DNA of 64,000 nucleotides from Gemmatales bacterium. GTDB taxonomy: Bacteria; Planctomycetota; Planctomycetia; Gemmatales; HRBIN36. Position 1 is the stretch's first letter. Every line of letters begins with the position of its first letter. Below the pieces are notes generated by a model. The model worked only from the letters and a program-made list of their open reading frames with translations, was not told where the DNA came from and made no database searches. This document shows positions 28,120 through 38,156 of the stretch, one piece after another. The position numbers were made by a program, and so were the translations under genes. Location of the stretch: the NCBI GenBank assembly GCA_039809045.1, contig JBDHUG010000012.1:5586-69585 (forward strand), written 5' to 3'.

Positions 28120-29996
28120 ATCGAAAACTGAAAATCCGCGGCAAGGCCTGGCTTGGTTTCCTGGCCATCAGCTTGCTCGTCACCGGCGGACTCGCTTGGG
28201 CCACTTACATGGCTCTCGAAGTGGAACATGACCAGCGCACGAGCCGAGCTATCAATGAACGTAATCAAAAGTTGCGTCTGGCCCTTTGGCGGCTTGATAG
28301 CCGCGTTTTTCCGGTGCTGGCCCGTGAGGCCAATCGACCCTTCCAACATTACCGGGCCTTGTATTCCACTTCTCAAACATTAATACGCCAGGGCAAATCC
28401 TGGCGCGCGGGCGAAGCATTACAACCTTCCCCCTTGCTGAATGAACCTCTGCCCAAATGGGTGCTGCTTCATTTTCAGGTTTCAACACAAGCTGTACCGA
28501 TCATGTGGGAATCGCCACAGGTTCTCAATGAAGTCGATATGGCCTGTCTGAATGCCAATCCCATTCTGACCACATGCGAAAATGTCACTGGCGAGCGCAA
28601 GCAAGTCTTTCAACGCTTGCAACAACGATTGAAAACCGATTTGCTTCAGACTTGGATGAACGCACAAATACCGCTATTGGCACTCGAGCCGCCAATTCAA
28701 ACGGTTGTCGATAAACCCGTCACCCCCCAAGTGTCGAATAACGACCAGGTCAACGAGACGCCGCCGCAGCAATTTGTGCCTAGCCAACGCGGTTCCATGG
28801 ACCAGGAATTCCAGAGCCGCTTTAATCAAAAAGCGCAGATCGAACAGCTCCAAGGCAATCGATCCAACTACAAACAATCCGCCAATGCGCTGAACCTGCA
28901 CGACACCACCACGATTCGCATGGGAGTGATCCAACCCCTGTGGCTCCCGAACGAACAAACGACACAACCGGATACCTTGTTGATGACCAGGTTAGTACAA
29001 TTAGGCTCAGAGTACTATTGCCAAGGGTTTGTCCTCGATTGGCCCGTATTAGCCAAGGAATTGGCTGAAAGTGTTCAAGACCTGTTTCCACAAGCTTCCC
29101 TTGCAGCCATACGCACTGAAATACCAGAACGTCCCGAACAAACGATGACGGCCTTGCCGTTGGAGTTGCTACCCAACGAACCTATTTCCACTCATGCGCA
29201 AGAAACATGGTCCCCCATGCGCATCAGTCTGCTTTTAGCCTGGTGTGCGGCTGGGCTGGCTTTGCTGGCCGTGGGCTTGGGCGGTTGGTCTTTGCTCGAA
29301 CTTTCCGAACGCCGTATTCGGTTTATCTCAACCGTCACCCATGAATTACGAACCCCATTAACGACGCTGCGTTTATATTCCGACATGCTCACCAATGGCC
29401 TGATCAAGGATGAAGAAAAGAAGACCGAGTATTTATCGACTCTGCATCAAGAGGCTGAGCGCTTGCATCGTTTGATTGCCAACGTTCTCGATTATTCCCG
29501 ACTCGAAAACCACTCGTTGAAACTGGAACGCAAATCCATGCCAGCACAACAGATTTGCGACCATATCATGCAAGCATGGAAAGACCGCTGTGAGCAAGCC
29601 GACAAACAATTAACCTTGGAAGCCGCGACAGAAGACTTACAAGCAATGGTTCATACCGATCCGGTTCTGGTCGAACAGATCCTCGGCAACTTGATCGACA
29701 ATGCATGCAAATATAGCCAAAAGGCAGGCGACACACGCATTTGGCTGCGTGTCACTCAGGATCGCAACCAGGTTTACTTTCTGGTCGAAGACCACGGTCC
29801 GGGCATCCCCCTGGCCGAACAGAAAGCCATCTTTCAGCCATTTCAACGAGGCAAGACGGTGGATGTTACCTCCGCAGGTGTCGGTCTTGGGCTGGCCCTG
29901 GCTAGGCGTTGGGCACACCTCCTAGGGGGCCATTTGCATATCCTGACCAGCAAACATGGGTGCGGCGCTTGTTTTCAATTAGCAATACCAAAGTAA
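28116..29996 (+). CDS. sensor histidine kinase (HisKA + HATPase_c) with large unassigned periplasmic domain
   Basis: Two TM segments flank a domain of roughly 340 aa. H-box VTHELRTPL, N-box NLIDNACKY, G-boxes EDHGPGI and GVGLGLA. Confidence 0.9.
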   Translation: MNRKLKIRGKAWLGFLAISLLVTGGLAWATYMALEVEHDQRTSRAINERNQKLRLALWRLDSRVFPVLAREANRPFQHYRALYSTSQTLIRQGKSWRAGEALQPSPLLNEPLPKWVLLHFQVSTQAVPIMWESPQVLNEVDMACLNANPILTTCENVTGERKQVFQRLQQRLKTDLLQTWMNAQIPLLALEPPIQTVVDKPVTPQVSNNDQVNETPPQQFVPSQRGSMDQEFQSRFNQKAQIEQLQGNRSNYKQSANALNLHDTTTIRMGVIQPLWLPNEQTTQPDTLLMTRLVQLGSEYYCQGFVLDWPVLAKELAESVQDLFPQASLAAIRTEIPERPEQTMTALPLELLPNEPISTHAQETWSPMRISLLLAWCAAGLALLAVGLGGWSLLELSERRIRFISTVTHELRTPLTTLRLYSDMLTNGLIKDEEKKTEYLSTLHQEAERLHRLIANVLDYSRLENHSLKLERKSMPAQQICDHIMQAWKDRCEQADKQLTLEAATEDLQAMVHTDPVLVEQILGNLIDNACKYSQKAGDTRIWLRVTQDRNQVYFLVEDHGPGIPLAEQKAIFQPFQRGKTVDVTSAGVGLGLALARRWAHLLGGHLHILTSKHGCGACFQLAIPK

Positions 29997-30042
29997 GCAC
30001 CGATACCCTCCGTCAACTACAAAGCTTGACAACACAAAAGCA

Positions 30043-30070
30043 AAGACCTTCCGGTTGCCCGCAAGGTCTT
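30043..30070. terminator. weak hairpin between the convergent histidine kinase and giant-protein genes
   Basis: 8-bp stem AAGACCTT/AAGGTCTT with a 12-nt loop. It lies in the 111-bp gap between the two stops. Confidence 0.3.
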
Positions 30071-30107
30071 ATTGTGTTCATCACCGATCTCGATCAATTA
30101 CTGCTCA

Positions 30108-33100
30108 TTATCGCTGGGGCGGAGCTACTTCCCTTATCTGAGCACCATGCTTTTCACTCAAAATGAGCAAGGCAAAGCGCTGGATGGGTTTAAGCTCAGG
30201 AGTGCTCACCGAGGCATAATCAAAGCGGCCCCGCAAATCCGTATAGCCATCCTTGTAGAACTTGACTTCGCCGTCAGCGTAACGAGCGTACACTTTGACA
30301 TATACTTTCGGCAATGATTGATTATTCGTTGTTGTCATCACGCGTAATTGCCCATAGTTCTCATTCATGACCACATTCATGGCGTTGGAGACATAGGGCA
30401 AACTCCGCGTTTTGCCTGCTGCTTGAATTTCTACCATGACATTGCGCTGTGTCAGATGAGTCGGCAAGGGAACATCTAATTTTTGTTTGCCACCTGGTAA
30501 TTGAACGATTTGCGTTTCGTTCGGTTTGATGGATATGAACTGGCCAGTCGCTTGTTGCGTGAATGGATTGCGACTGAACAGCAATTCGACGTCCATTAAA
30601 TAGTAGTTGATGCGCACTGATTCGAGATTCTGCCAGGTCATCTGAATGGTCTTGGCATCGATCGCAAAATCGAAACTCGGTTCCTTGGAAGCCAAATGAG
30701 TTTGCTGCTGATCGCGATCTTCAGGATTGGTTACCTTGCCGGCTTTGCCTTCGATTTCATCCAGTTGGCTCACAATGGCGGCAAAGGCGTTCCGCCAGCG
30801 ATCAACCGGATGCTTCAAGTAGTTGGTCGCAATCGCTCGAGCCTTGGTGGGCAGATCATGATACATGTCCATATAGGCAGCACAGTAGTCATACTGAATG
30901 CGGGTGGTCAATTGGTTAGGATCGATCTTGGCAAACTCTTCGAAGGCCTCGGCAATACGATCCTGCAAGAGCAAGTAATAACAAACAGCCAGCCGATGCT
31001 GATCTTGCAGCGTGCTCTTGTAGCTCAGCAGCTTCAAGAAACTTTCGTATTGTTCATGAAATCGTTTGTTGACGATCTGTCGCCGTGCACCCAAAGCATG
31101 TGCACGCGCATTGACCAGGGGTTTGTATTCCAAGTGTTCATACAGATGCCGCTTTTCCAAATCCAGCTGCAGCAAGGGACTTTGAATGGGACCGCTGCAT
31201 TCCTGAATGATTGTGTCGTTCATGGATAGGAATTGCTGAATCAGCGATGGTGCATTGTGATAGATGCTATAGGACCATAGCGTTGGGTTATACACATGCC
31301 TGCTGTCCAGATACTTCACAACCGTCTCAAAAAAGGCTCGATCGCGCATGCGGAACGCCATTTTGTCCAACTGAATCGTGTTGAGGTTTTCGCGTGTTAG
31401 CATCGCCAACACATCTTCATTCGAACCAAATTGAGAGACATAATCCCACGAAGTGGTATCCAGCTTGCTTGGCTTCGTCACGACTTTGAAAGTAAAAGGT
31501 TGTGTAAAAGCCATGAGCACTTCGTTTTTGGCCACGTGGACAGGGTAGTGCTGGAATGTACCGGCAAACGGAAAATAGAACAGGTAATCGATCGTCTTGG
31601 TGTGGTAGGGTTCTAAATCAAGTAAAACCGTTCGTGTGTATTGGCTTTGCTCAACGGGCAGCGCGCCGATGGGCAACTGCCATAATACCGCCAATTTTTG
31701 CCTAGTGGGCGAAGGATTCGTGACCACCACCTGACAGCCATAAACCGTCTGAATAACGAATTCGTCCGTTATGAATTTATCGAGCTGCTCGCCGTTCTCG
31801 ACGCGATAGCGGTCGCCATGGCGATAGAAGTTTTGACTCACGAGGATCGTTGTTGGAGCCTGGCCTGCTTGCGTTGGGCGAACCTCCTCATGAAATGCAA
31901 CCACGGGCGAAGCTGCGGTAAAGGTCATTCGCTGACCTTCGTATTTCACTTCATGTTTACCTGGTTCAAATGGCACATCCAGCACGGATAGGGCAAGCAT
32001 CATTTCCGAAAAGCTGCCAGCAACCTCAGCCAAATGACGTGATAAAAATGGGTTTCGACCGTCATGCTTAACAAAATCCAGCCAGAATGGGTTCACCTTG
32101 ATCAAATCAGCGATCTGCATCGCCAAGGGGACTTGGTAGTAGTGATTCTCTGCCCATTCCTGGGTAGCATCCAGGCGACGGTAAAGTTGCTGTAGTTGTC
32201 GACGAGCACGTTCATTGCTGTAGAAATAAGCGTCTTGCTGTGGAGCCTCTTTGAGCGCTTTATCCTCTGGCACGGTAGCTCCCGAACGCGTCTTCGATGC
32301 ATCCCCTTTTTTGAGAGAATCGACTTCCTCTTTGCCCTTTTCCTTCATATCCTTCAGCCCAGATCCGCGACCTCCACCGCCAAGCCCCCCCGCACCGCCT
32401 GCGATACCAGAGGTTGGTGCTGTTGGAGCGTTCATTTGGACTTTGTTAGACTGTTCATCCCGTTTGTTTTTCCTTAATTCTTCCATCAATTCCGGCTTAG
32501 GCGCATGGACCGGCATGCCTAACCGTGTTTCGACATCCAAAAGGCTCCCTTGAACGGCGGTGTTAAACAACACTTGGAACCGCTCCAAATTGGGGGGTTG
32601 TAGCCGATAGAGATCATTCATGTAGCGTTCTGTCTTAGTCATTTCTCCGACAATCCGTTGTGCCAACAAGACACGCTCGACGGTATTGAGCCGATCAAAC
32701 GCCCAAGGTTGAAGGAATTCGTTCAAATCCATCTCGAGCAACCACATATCCATGAACGTCTTGTGCTTCTTGTTCGCCAAATAGGGTTTGACTACGTTCT
32801 GGAAGAAGGGTGGATCCTTCTTGTAAATAAAGAAGTTCAATTCATGGCAGGCATACTTTGAATACAGGGAGTGCTTCTCTTCGGTCTTGAGTTTGGGCCA
32901 GCCAAGAATGAAATTGAATTCGACAAGTGTCGTGTTGTGCGACAACGTGTTATACAACCCATAAACTTTGGGCAGACTGTCGTACACTTCAAATCGACTG
33001 GACAGCACGTCGGCTATGACCAATGTCTGCTTAGGTCCAAGCACACTGATCTGCTTTTGCTGGGTAAAGTGGGCTTTGGGGTCTAATCCTTGTTTCATAC

Positions 33101-36100
33101 GCTGGTCGATGATTTTGATGGACGTTTCGGGCAATACGATCGTCCTGGTCAGAGTGTGCAATGGATCAACCACGACCGCTTGGATCGTGGAGTGGTTTCC
33201 AAGATCCTTGCGTTTGATTTTGATCGTTCCATCTTTTTCGGGGATCAGATTCAGCAGTACGGCCGAGGAATCTGCCAGAAAATCCAAATTAGCAAAGTCG
33301 CCAGCCAAAATTGGCCCCGTTGGCCGGGTCGAGGTGCGGGGGGCTAGAGGGGCTTGTGGCTTGCCTGGTCCTTTGGGCTCGAAATCCGTGCCGCCGGTTA
33401 CGGATTGTTCCGTGGTTTCGGTCGAACGAACGGCCCAAGGGTTCAGCAATAATGATGGGCGATCTAGCATATTCCCAGGGTACGTGGTTTGCAACTTGCG
33501 ATCGAGCACGTATCGATATTCGTCGCCAATATCGCGACCCGTCAAATACATCGAAAGAGCCATCGAAGGGCGAAATGTATCCAGTTCCGCATCTCGTACT
33601 TTGCTGAGATTAGCAAATGCCGAAAATGCTGGCTTATACCTAGAAGCCAGCAAATGCACCCGCGTGAACGGCGAGGTTTCGCGGAGTGTGATGACCAGTT
33701 CTTCTTCATTGGCACTCATGTTGCTGATTCGCGGTGGTTTAAGTCCGGTTTGGCGAGCGAATCGAGCATGGCCTAACCAATGACCAGCCGAGTTTTCACC
33801 GGCTACCACGCGTATCCAAACGGTCTGATTGTCCTGCTTGAGCGTCAGTTGATAATCGCCTGGAGTCAATCCCGATATTTCCAAGGCGCCTTTGTTGATC
33901 GCTAGGGCAGCAAGGCGATCAGCATAATACACTGCGCCGCGCAGTTCGAAAAATGCGAACTCCGAACGCGTAATTTCTTGCGCTCGACCCAAATAGGGCA
34001 GTTGGATGGTCTCGCCAACACCCGCATGTACGATCTGTCGGTAGGTAAATTGATTTTTGGGCAAGCTCCAGGTGTGGGATACGGCATCGGCATTGGTTAC
34101 CTTGATGTAATCAATATCGTTCAATTCACCCAGTAGAATTCTACCTTTGTCATCACTCTTCAAGGTAACGTCAATAGGTTCTCTGAAATCACGATGTTTA
34201 ATGCTGAAATAAACAATCCGATCGACGCGTTCTTCGCCGGTCTTGCCTCGAAGCTCCAGCACATACGTGGTTCCATATTGAGCCAAGTGCATATCTTCGA
34301 TCTTGTTCGACTTATCAATTTCATTGAGCGAAAAGGTTTCTTGCGCTGATAAGTCGATCTTCTTGTCTTGACTCAGGCTTTTTACTTTGGCATGCAGGGC
34401 CACAGTCAAGTGGGCCAGGCGAGGCGGTACCCGAAATTCGTGAGTTGTTTCACGATCTTCAAAAAGCTTGAAATCGCGTATTTCCGAAGTGGTCGCAATG
34501 CCGTCCTGGTCGATGGCTGTCAAAACAAGCCGTGCCTCTTCCAGCAATTTCAGCGAGATGGGTATCTGATTCAACATGAGGCCAGGTCGCAGAATGAGTT
34601 GGGCCATCCTTTGACTTAACAAGGATTCCCGATCAACGTAAAAGCCGGCTGCCAGTTGGTAGTTCTCGGCTTGGTGATTCAGATATTCCAGACAAGCAAA
34701 GTCCCCTTGCTGAATCACGATGGGTTGTCGAGAGGGGTTGGTGCTGAACGGAACCAATATGGAGCCATCTTTTTCAGCATGATATTCCTGGCCGCCGATC
34801 CATAAGGATGCATCCGTCACAAGTTGTCTTGCATCATTGATCACTTGTACCACGTGCCCCGCTGGCGTCAGAGAGACGAGCGGTCGCAAACTCCCTTTGC
34901 GAATAAGCGCCCGGCTGCTTTTGCCGCTGCCGATGAAATCAATGACGTAAACACCCGGTTTGGATAGTTCCGGGAAAGTGAATTGTCGGGGCATTCGACG
35001 AAGTGGCGGCTCGGCAAATTTCTCCGTTCTTTCCGCATTGGGAATGAGGCCATCCAGATTGATGTCGGTGTCTACTTCTTGTTTATGTTCCCGATAATAA
35101 TTCGACGTGTTGATTTCATAAATCTTGATGATCAAGGTTGGCACGTTCTTCACAAGCAAATGCAATTGCACAGGCTCATTGGCTTTGAAATGAGTCTTGT
35201 TCGTCGAATCAAAGTCGATGTCGACTCGTTCTTTTAAGGAACGGAACACTTCCGGCGGTAATTGCGATGCCCATTGTTCCGCATCGCCTAAGCCGTTTTC
35301 AATTTTTGTTTCAGCGAATAAATGTCGCAGATAAACATCGTTGATGTAAGGTGTGAATTCTTGAGGCGAACTGGCGTTGACCAGAAAGTGTTTGAGATAA
35401 TCGCGAACCAACGGTTCATCGAAACCAACGGGGGCCAGCTTCGTGAATTCTGTGAAGTTTGCATTCAGATCAACGGGATATTGGCGAGCTTGCAGCGATT
35501 CTAACATGCTTTTGGACATGTAGTGCTGTTGGCGGGGCAATTGCAAGTATTCCAAAAACAGCGATCGATCATAATTGCCCAAACTGCGATCCAACAACAA
35601 ACGATGATACAAAACATGGGCTTTCAAGTTATTATGAACCGGCGCTAAGCGGCGAACAAAAGTGAGCATGCGATCAAGATAGGCTTTGAGTAGCTCAGGT
35701 TCATAACGCCAGTTTTCATCTGCGTTTGGTTGCAAGCGAAGTAAGATATTCTGAACAAAAACCGTTTGATTGAGCAAGTCGGGCCGTAAGCGCAACAGTT
35801 CTTCATGTTGAGCCAAGGTCAGTTTTCGATGTATGGCATATTGGCCAAAGGGTACCGCATGCTCCGCTTGCATATCAGCGGCGATCATTTGCGGCAAATT
35901 CGGCAGATCGGGAAGTTGGGCTTGCTGCAAAAGCTGCCTGCGACGTTCCCAGTTCAGGTTTTCTTTAGCCAACCAATCAAAAGACGACGGTTCAAAATTC
36001 TCGATAAATCGCCAACGTTGAAATGAGTTAGCTTTCAATGTTTCGCGAGCGATCAATTGTGGATTCAAGGATGTTGGCAAATTCGGAACATCACTGATCA

Positions 36101-36458
36101 AGCTACGTTCATGGTTGAAACTTAGCCCCAATCGATGTCGCAAATAGTCCAGAGTTCGTTGCTGATTTAAGGTATAGGTTAGTAAGGCGTAACGTGTTTG
36201 AATCTCATGCAATCGCTGGGTTTCTCCATGACGTTCCAGCCAAAGACGCGTCATTGGTTCAATCTTTGAAAATTGCTCTGTATTTAAATAATGCAAGCAA
36301 TGAAAGTAGTAATAGTCTTCTGTGCCCGGGATCAACTGTTTCAGGCTTTCAGCTCGATCTTTAGCTAACGCAAAATCTTCGATAAAACCGATCTCATCGG
36401 CCACGCAGGGCAGTATGGAAATTAGCAACATCAGACTAACGATGGCCAATCGACGCAT
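30108..36458 (-). CDS. giant secreted protein (2116 aa), no recognisable family
   Basis: Uninterrupted 6351-nt ORF with GAGG 7 nt upstream of the ATG. Signal peptide MRRLAIVSLMLLISILPCVA|DE. Helical N-terminal part, beta-sandwich-like modules, a Pro-rich linker, a Gly/Lys-rich disordered segment (nt 32232-32435) and a large C-terminal part. Confidence 0.9.
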   Translation of the reverse strand: MRRLAIVSLMLLISILPCVADEIGFIEDFALAKDRAESLKQLIPGTEDYYYFHCLHYLNTEQFSKIEPMTRLWLERHGETQRLHEIQTRYALLTYTLNQQRTLDYLRHRLGLSFNHERSLISDVPNLPTSLNPQLIARETLKANSFQRWRFIENFEPSSFDWLAKENLNWERRRQLLQQAQLPDLPNLPQMIAADMQAEHAVPFGQYAIHRKLTLAQHEELLRLRPDLLNQTVFVQNILLRLQPNADENWRYEPELLKAYLDRMLTFVRRLAPVHNNLKAHVLYHRLLLDRSLGNYDRSLFLEYLQLPRQQHYMSKSMLESLQARQYPVDLNANFTEFTKLAPVGFDEPLVRDYLKHFLVNASSPQEFTPYINDVYLRHLFAETKIENGLGDAEQWASQLPPEVFRSLKERVDIDFDSTNKTHFKANEPVQLHLLVKNVPTLIIKIYEINTSNYYREHKQEVDTDINLDGLIPNAERTEKFAEPPLRRMPRQFTFPELSKPGVYVIDFIGSGKSSRALIRKGSLRPLVSLTPAGHVVQVINDARQLVTDASLWIGGQEYHAEKDGSILVPFSTNPSRQPIVIQQGDFACLEYLNHQAENYQLAAGFYVDRESLLSQRMAQLILRPGLMLNQIPISLKLLEEARLVLTAIDQDGIATTSEIRDFKLFEDRETTHEFRVPPRLAHLTVALHAKVKSLSQDKKIDLSAQETFSLNEIDKSNKIEDMHLAQYGTTYVLELRGKTGEERVDRIVYFSIKHRDFREPIDVTLKSDDKGRILLGELNDIDYIKVTNADAVSHTWSLPKNQFTYRQIVHAGVGETIQLPYLGRAQEITRSEFAFFELRGAVYYADRLAALAINKGALEISGLTPGDYQLTLKQDNQTVWIRVVAGENSAGHWLGHARFARQTGLKPPRISNMSANEEELVITLRETSPFTRVHLLASRYKPAFSAFANLSKVRDAELDTFRPSMALSMYLTGRDIGDEYRYVLDRKLQTTYPGNMLDRPSLLLNPWAVRSTETTEQSVTGGTDFEPKGPGKPQAPLAPRTSTRPTGPILAGDFANLDFLADSSAVLLNLIPEKDGTIKIKRKDLGNHSTIQAVVVDPLHTLTRTIVLPETSIKIIDQRMKQGLDPKAHFTQQKQISVLGPKQTLVIADVLSSRFEVYDSLPKVYGLYNTLSHNTTLVEFNFILGWPKLKTEEKHSLYSKYACHELNFFIYKKDPPFFQNVVKPYLANKKHKTFMDMWLLEMDLNEFLQPWAFDRLNTVERVLLAQRIVGEMTKTERYMNDLYRLQPPNLERFQVLFNTAVQGSLLDVETRLGMPVHAPKPELMEELRKNKRDEQSNKVQMNAPTAPTSGIAGGAGGLGGGGRGSGLKDMKEKGKEEVDSLKKGDASKTRSGATVPEDKALKEAPQQDAYFYSNERARRQLQQLYRRLDATQEWAENHYYQVPLAMQIADLIKVNPFWLDFVKHDGRNPFLSRHLAEVAGSFSEMMLALSVLDVPFEPGKHEVKYEGQRMTFTAASPVVAFHEEVRPTQAGQAPTTILVSQNFYRHGDRYRVENGEQLDKFITDEFVIQTVYGCQVVVTNPSPTRQKLAVLWQLPIGALPVEQSQYTRTVLLDLEPYHTKTIDYLFYFPFAGTFQHYPVHVAKNEVLMAFTQPFTFKVVTKPSKLDTTSWDYVSQFGSNEDVLAMLTRENLNTIQLDKMAFRMRDRAFFETVVKYLDSRHVYNPTLWSYSIYHNAPSLIQQFLSMNDTIIQECSGPIQSPLLQLDLEKRHLYEHLEYKPLVNARAHALGARRQIVNKRFHEQYESFLKLLSYKSTLQDQHRLAVCYYLLLQDRIAEAFEEFAKIDPNQLTTRIQYDYCAAYMDMYHDLPTKARAIATNYLKHPVDRWRNAFAAIVSQLDEIEGKAGKVTNPEDRDQQQTHLASKEPSFDFAIDAKTIQMTWQNLESVRINYYLMDVELLFSRNPFTQQATGQFISIKPNETQIVQLPGGKQKLDVPLPTHLTQRNVMVEIQAAGKTRSLPYVSNAMNVVMNENYGQLRVMTTTNNQSLPKVYVKVYARYADGEVKFYKDGYTDLRGRFDYASVSTPELKPIQRFALLILSEKHGAQIREVAPPQR

Positions 36459-36887
36459 TGGAGACCTCGCGCAAAATTAGGATGATTCACACTTTTGACC
36501 GAATCCAGCGGCACAGCACTCCGGTTTTTCTGAAAATGTAGCGACCGTTTGGTTCGCTCCAAAGCCATAATGATAGACGAACGCCGTTGGAAAATCGATT
36601 TGCATCGAGTTACAAAAAGACAATAAACGTAAAACTCGCTTTTAAATCGTTTATGTACTTATTGATCTTAAACAGATAGGTCGCCCTGTAGTTGAGACGG
36701 TGAATGAATAGATGCAACAATGCCCTTGGATATTCGAGCCGAATTTTTGAACGGAGCTGAAATATCTGCCCAATACGGAATTATTACGACATTACTGTGG
36801 CAAAATCCTCAGCACAGCCTTCATTGCAATCGCTTGAAAGATAAAATGTACGTGGTTGTGAATGACATGCCGTTTGCAACTACATAA

Positions 36888-38084
36888 ATGGAACGTTTTA
36901 TGTACCCACTAAAACTCATTCTAATCGGTTGTAGCGAAACGACGCGACTTGAAATTCACCGTGAAGCTGCGAACCATGCAGCAACGGTCGATGCTGAGTT
37001 TCCAGACGCTCGTGCAGCAATGGGTCGGATACATCCTACGCCTGAACAAAAGCCGCTTTTTATCATCGAAGTGCGCCAAAGCGAAGACATCCTGGAAATC
37101 GAAAAAATCAATAATACGCTTATCGGCTGCCCTGTTTTAGCTCTCATTAACGTGAATAATAACTTTGACTTGGTATTTCAAGCCATGCGAGCTGGTGCAT
37201 CGCAAGTCGTTCCATTGCCCATTCGCCCGCATGACCTTGAGAACGCAATGTCGAGATTGCTCCGGCAATTTGGCGTATTGGATAACGAAAGCAAATTAAT
37301 CGCTGTTTGCGGAGTTAGCGGAGGAACCGGTGGAACCACACTGGCGATTAATCTGGCGTATGAGTTGGCGCACACGCAGCAACATTCGACCATCTTGCTT
37401 GAGCTGGGCCAACAAGTCGGCAAACTTGCCGTTTGTTTAGACCTTAAACCACGGTTTTCGACGCATGATTTACTCAACGATATATCGCGCATGGACCTGA
37501 ATTTGATACGCGATTATCTGTATCCCTATGACGCACACTTACAGATTCTTGCAGGCCCCTATCTCACGAGTCAGGTGCAAACTTACCCAATAGCCGATGT
37601 CGTTCATATGCTAGAATACCTTCGGCGATTAGCGCACATTATTGTCGTGGACATCCCATTTGCGGTAGACGATACTTTTTATGCGGTCATGGCGGCTGCC
37701 GACGAGATTGTGCTAGTAACCGAACAGAAAGTCCCTTCACTCCATTCGCTCATCTTGGCAAGGCAAGGTCTGGAAGAAAAAGGGGTTATGGGACATCAGC
37801 ATATCGTCGTCAATCGATATAACTCGGCATCGGAAATAAACCTGGATTATTTGCACAAACTGACTAACGTGGAAAAGATCTTCACCATACACAATGATTA
37901 CTCCGCCATAAGCGAAGCAATCAACAAGGGCAGACCACTACGAGTCCATGATGCACATTGCACTGCTTTAAAAGATATCCATAACCTTGTTCAATACATT
38001 CTGAGTCCGCGTGAACCAGCCAGCGCCAAACCTCAAGAACACCACAAAGGCTTTTGGCATATGGCTAAGAAACTATTGCATTAA
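36888..38084 (+). CDS. TadZ/CpaE-like protein (pseudo-receiver + degenerate ParA/MinD-type ATPase domain)
   Basis: The N-terminal receiver-like fold lacks the acidic pocket (GCSE.. and ..FIIEVRQ). The P-loop region reads GVSGGTGGTT (nt 37311-37340) instead of KGGxGK[ST]. An alternative ATG lies at 36900. Confidence 0.65.
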   Translation: MERFMYPLKLILIGCSETTRLEIHREAANHAATVDAEFPDARAAMGRIHPTPEQKPLFIIEVRQSEDILEIEKINNTLIGCPVLALINVNNNFDLVFQAMRAGASQVVPLPIRPHDLENAMSRLLRQFGVLDNESKLIAVCGVSGGTGGTTLAINLAYELAHTQQHSTILLELGQQVGKLAVCLDLKPRFSTHDLLNDISRMDLNLIRDYLYPYDAHLQILAGPYLTSQVQTYPIADVVHMLEYLRRLAHIIVVDIPFAVDDTFYAVMAAADEIVLVTEQKVPSLHSLILARQGLEEKGVMGHQHIVVNRYNSASEINLDYLHKLTNVEKIFTIHNDYSAISEAINKGRPLRVHDAHCTALKDIHNLVQYILSPREPASAKPQEHHKGFWHMAKKLLH

Positions 38085-38156
38085 GTTGAAGCATTGCAGC
38101 AAGCACATCTGGTTTCGAAAGCAGTCCGATGGGGTATCGTTTCCCCACACCATCAT

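Noticed and set aside
32968-33783. 271-aa ORF on the plus strand inside the giant gene
   Set aside because: It lies entirely antisense to an uninterrupted 2116-aa ORF. The product is Ser/Arg/Gly-rich low-complexity sequence with no RBS or recognisable motif, which is typical of a shadow ORF.
36545-36575. tRNA-like 'GGTTCG' T-arm-looking sequence
   Set aside because: Only a 5-bp local hairpin (AGCGA/TCGCT) can be drawn. No acceptor, D or anticodon arms are present, so this is not a tRNA.
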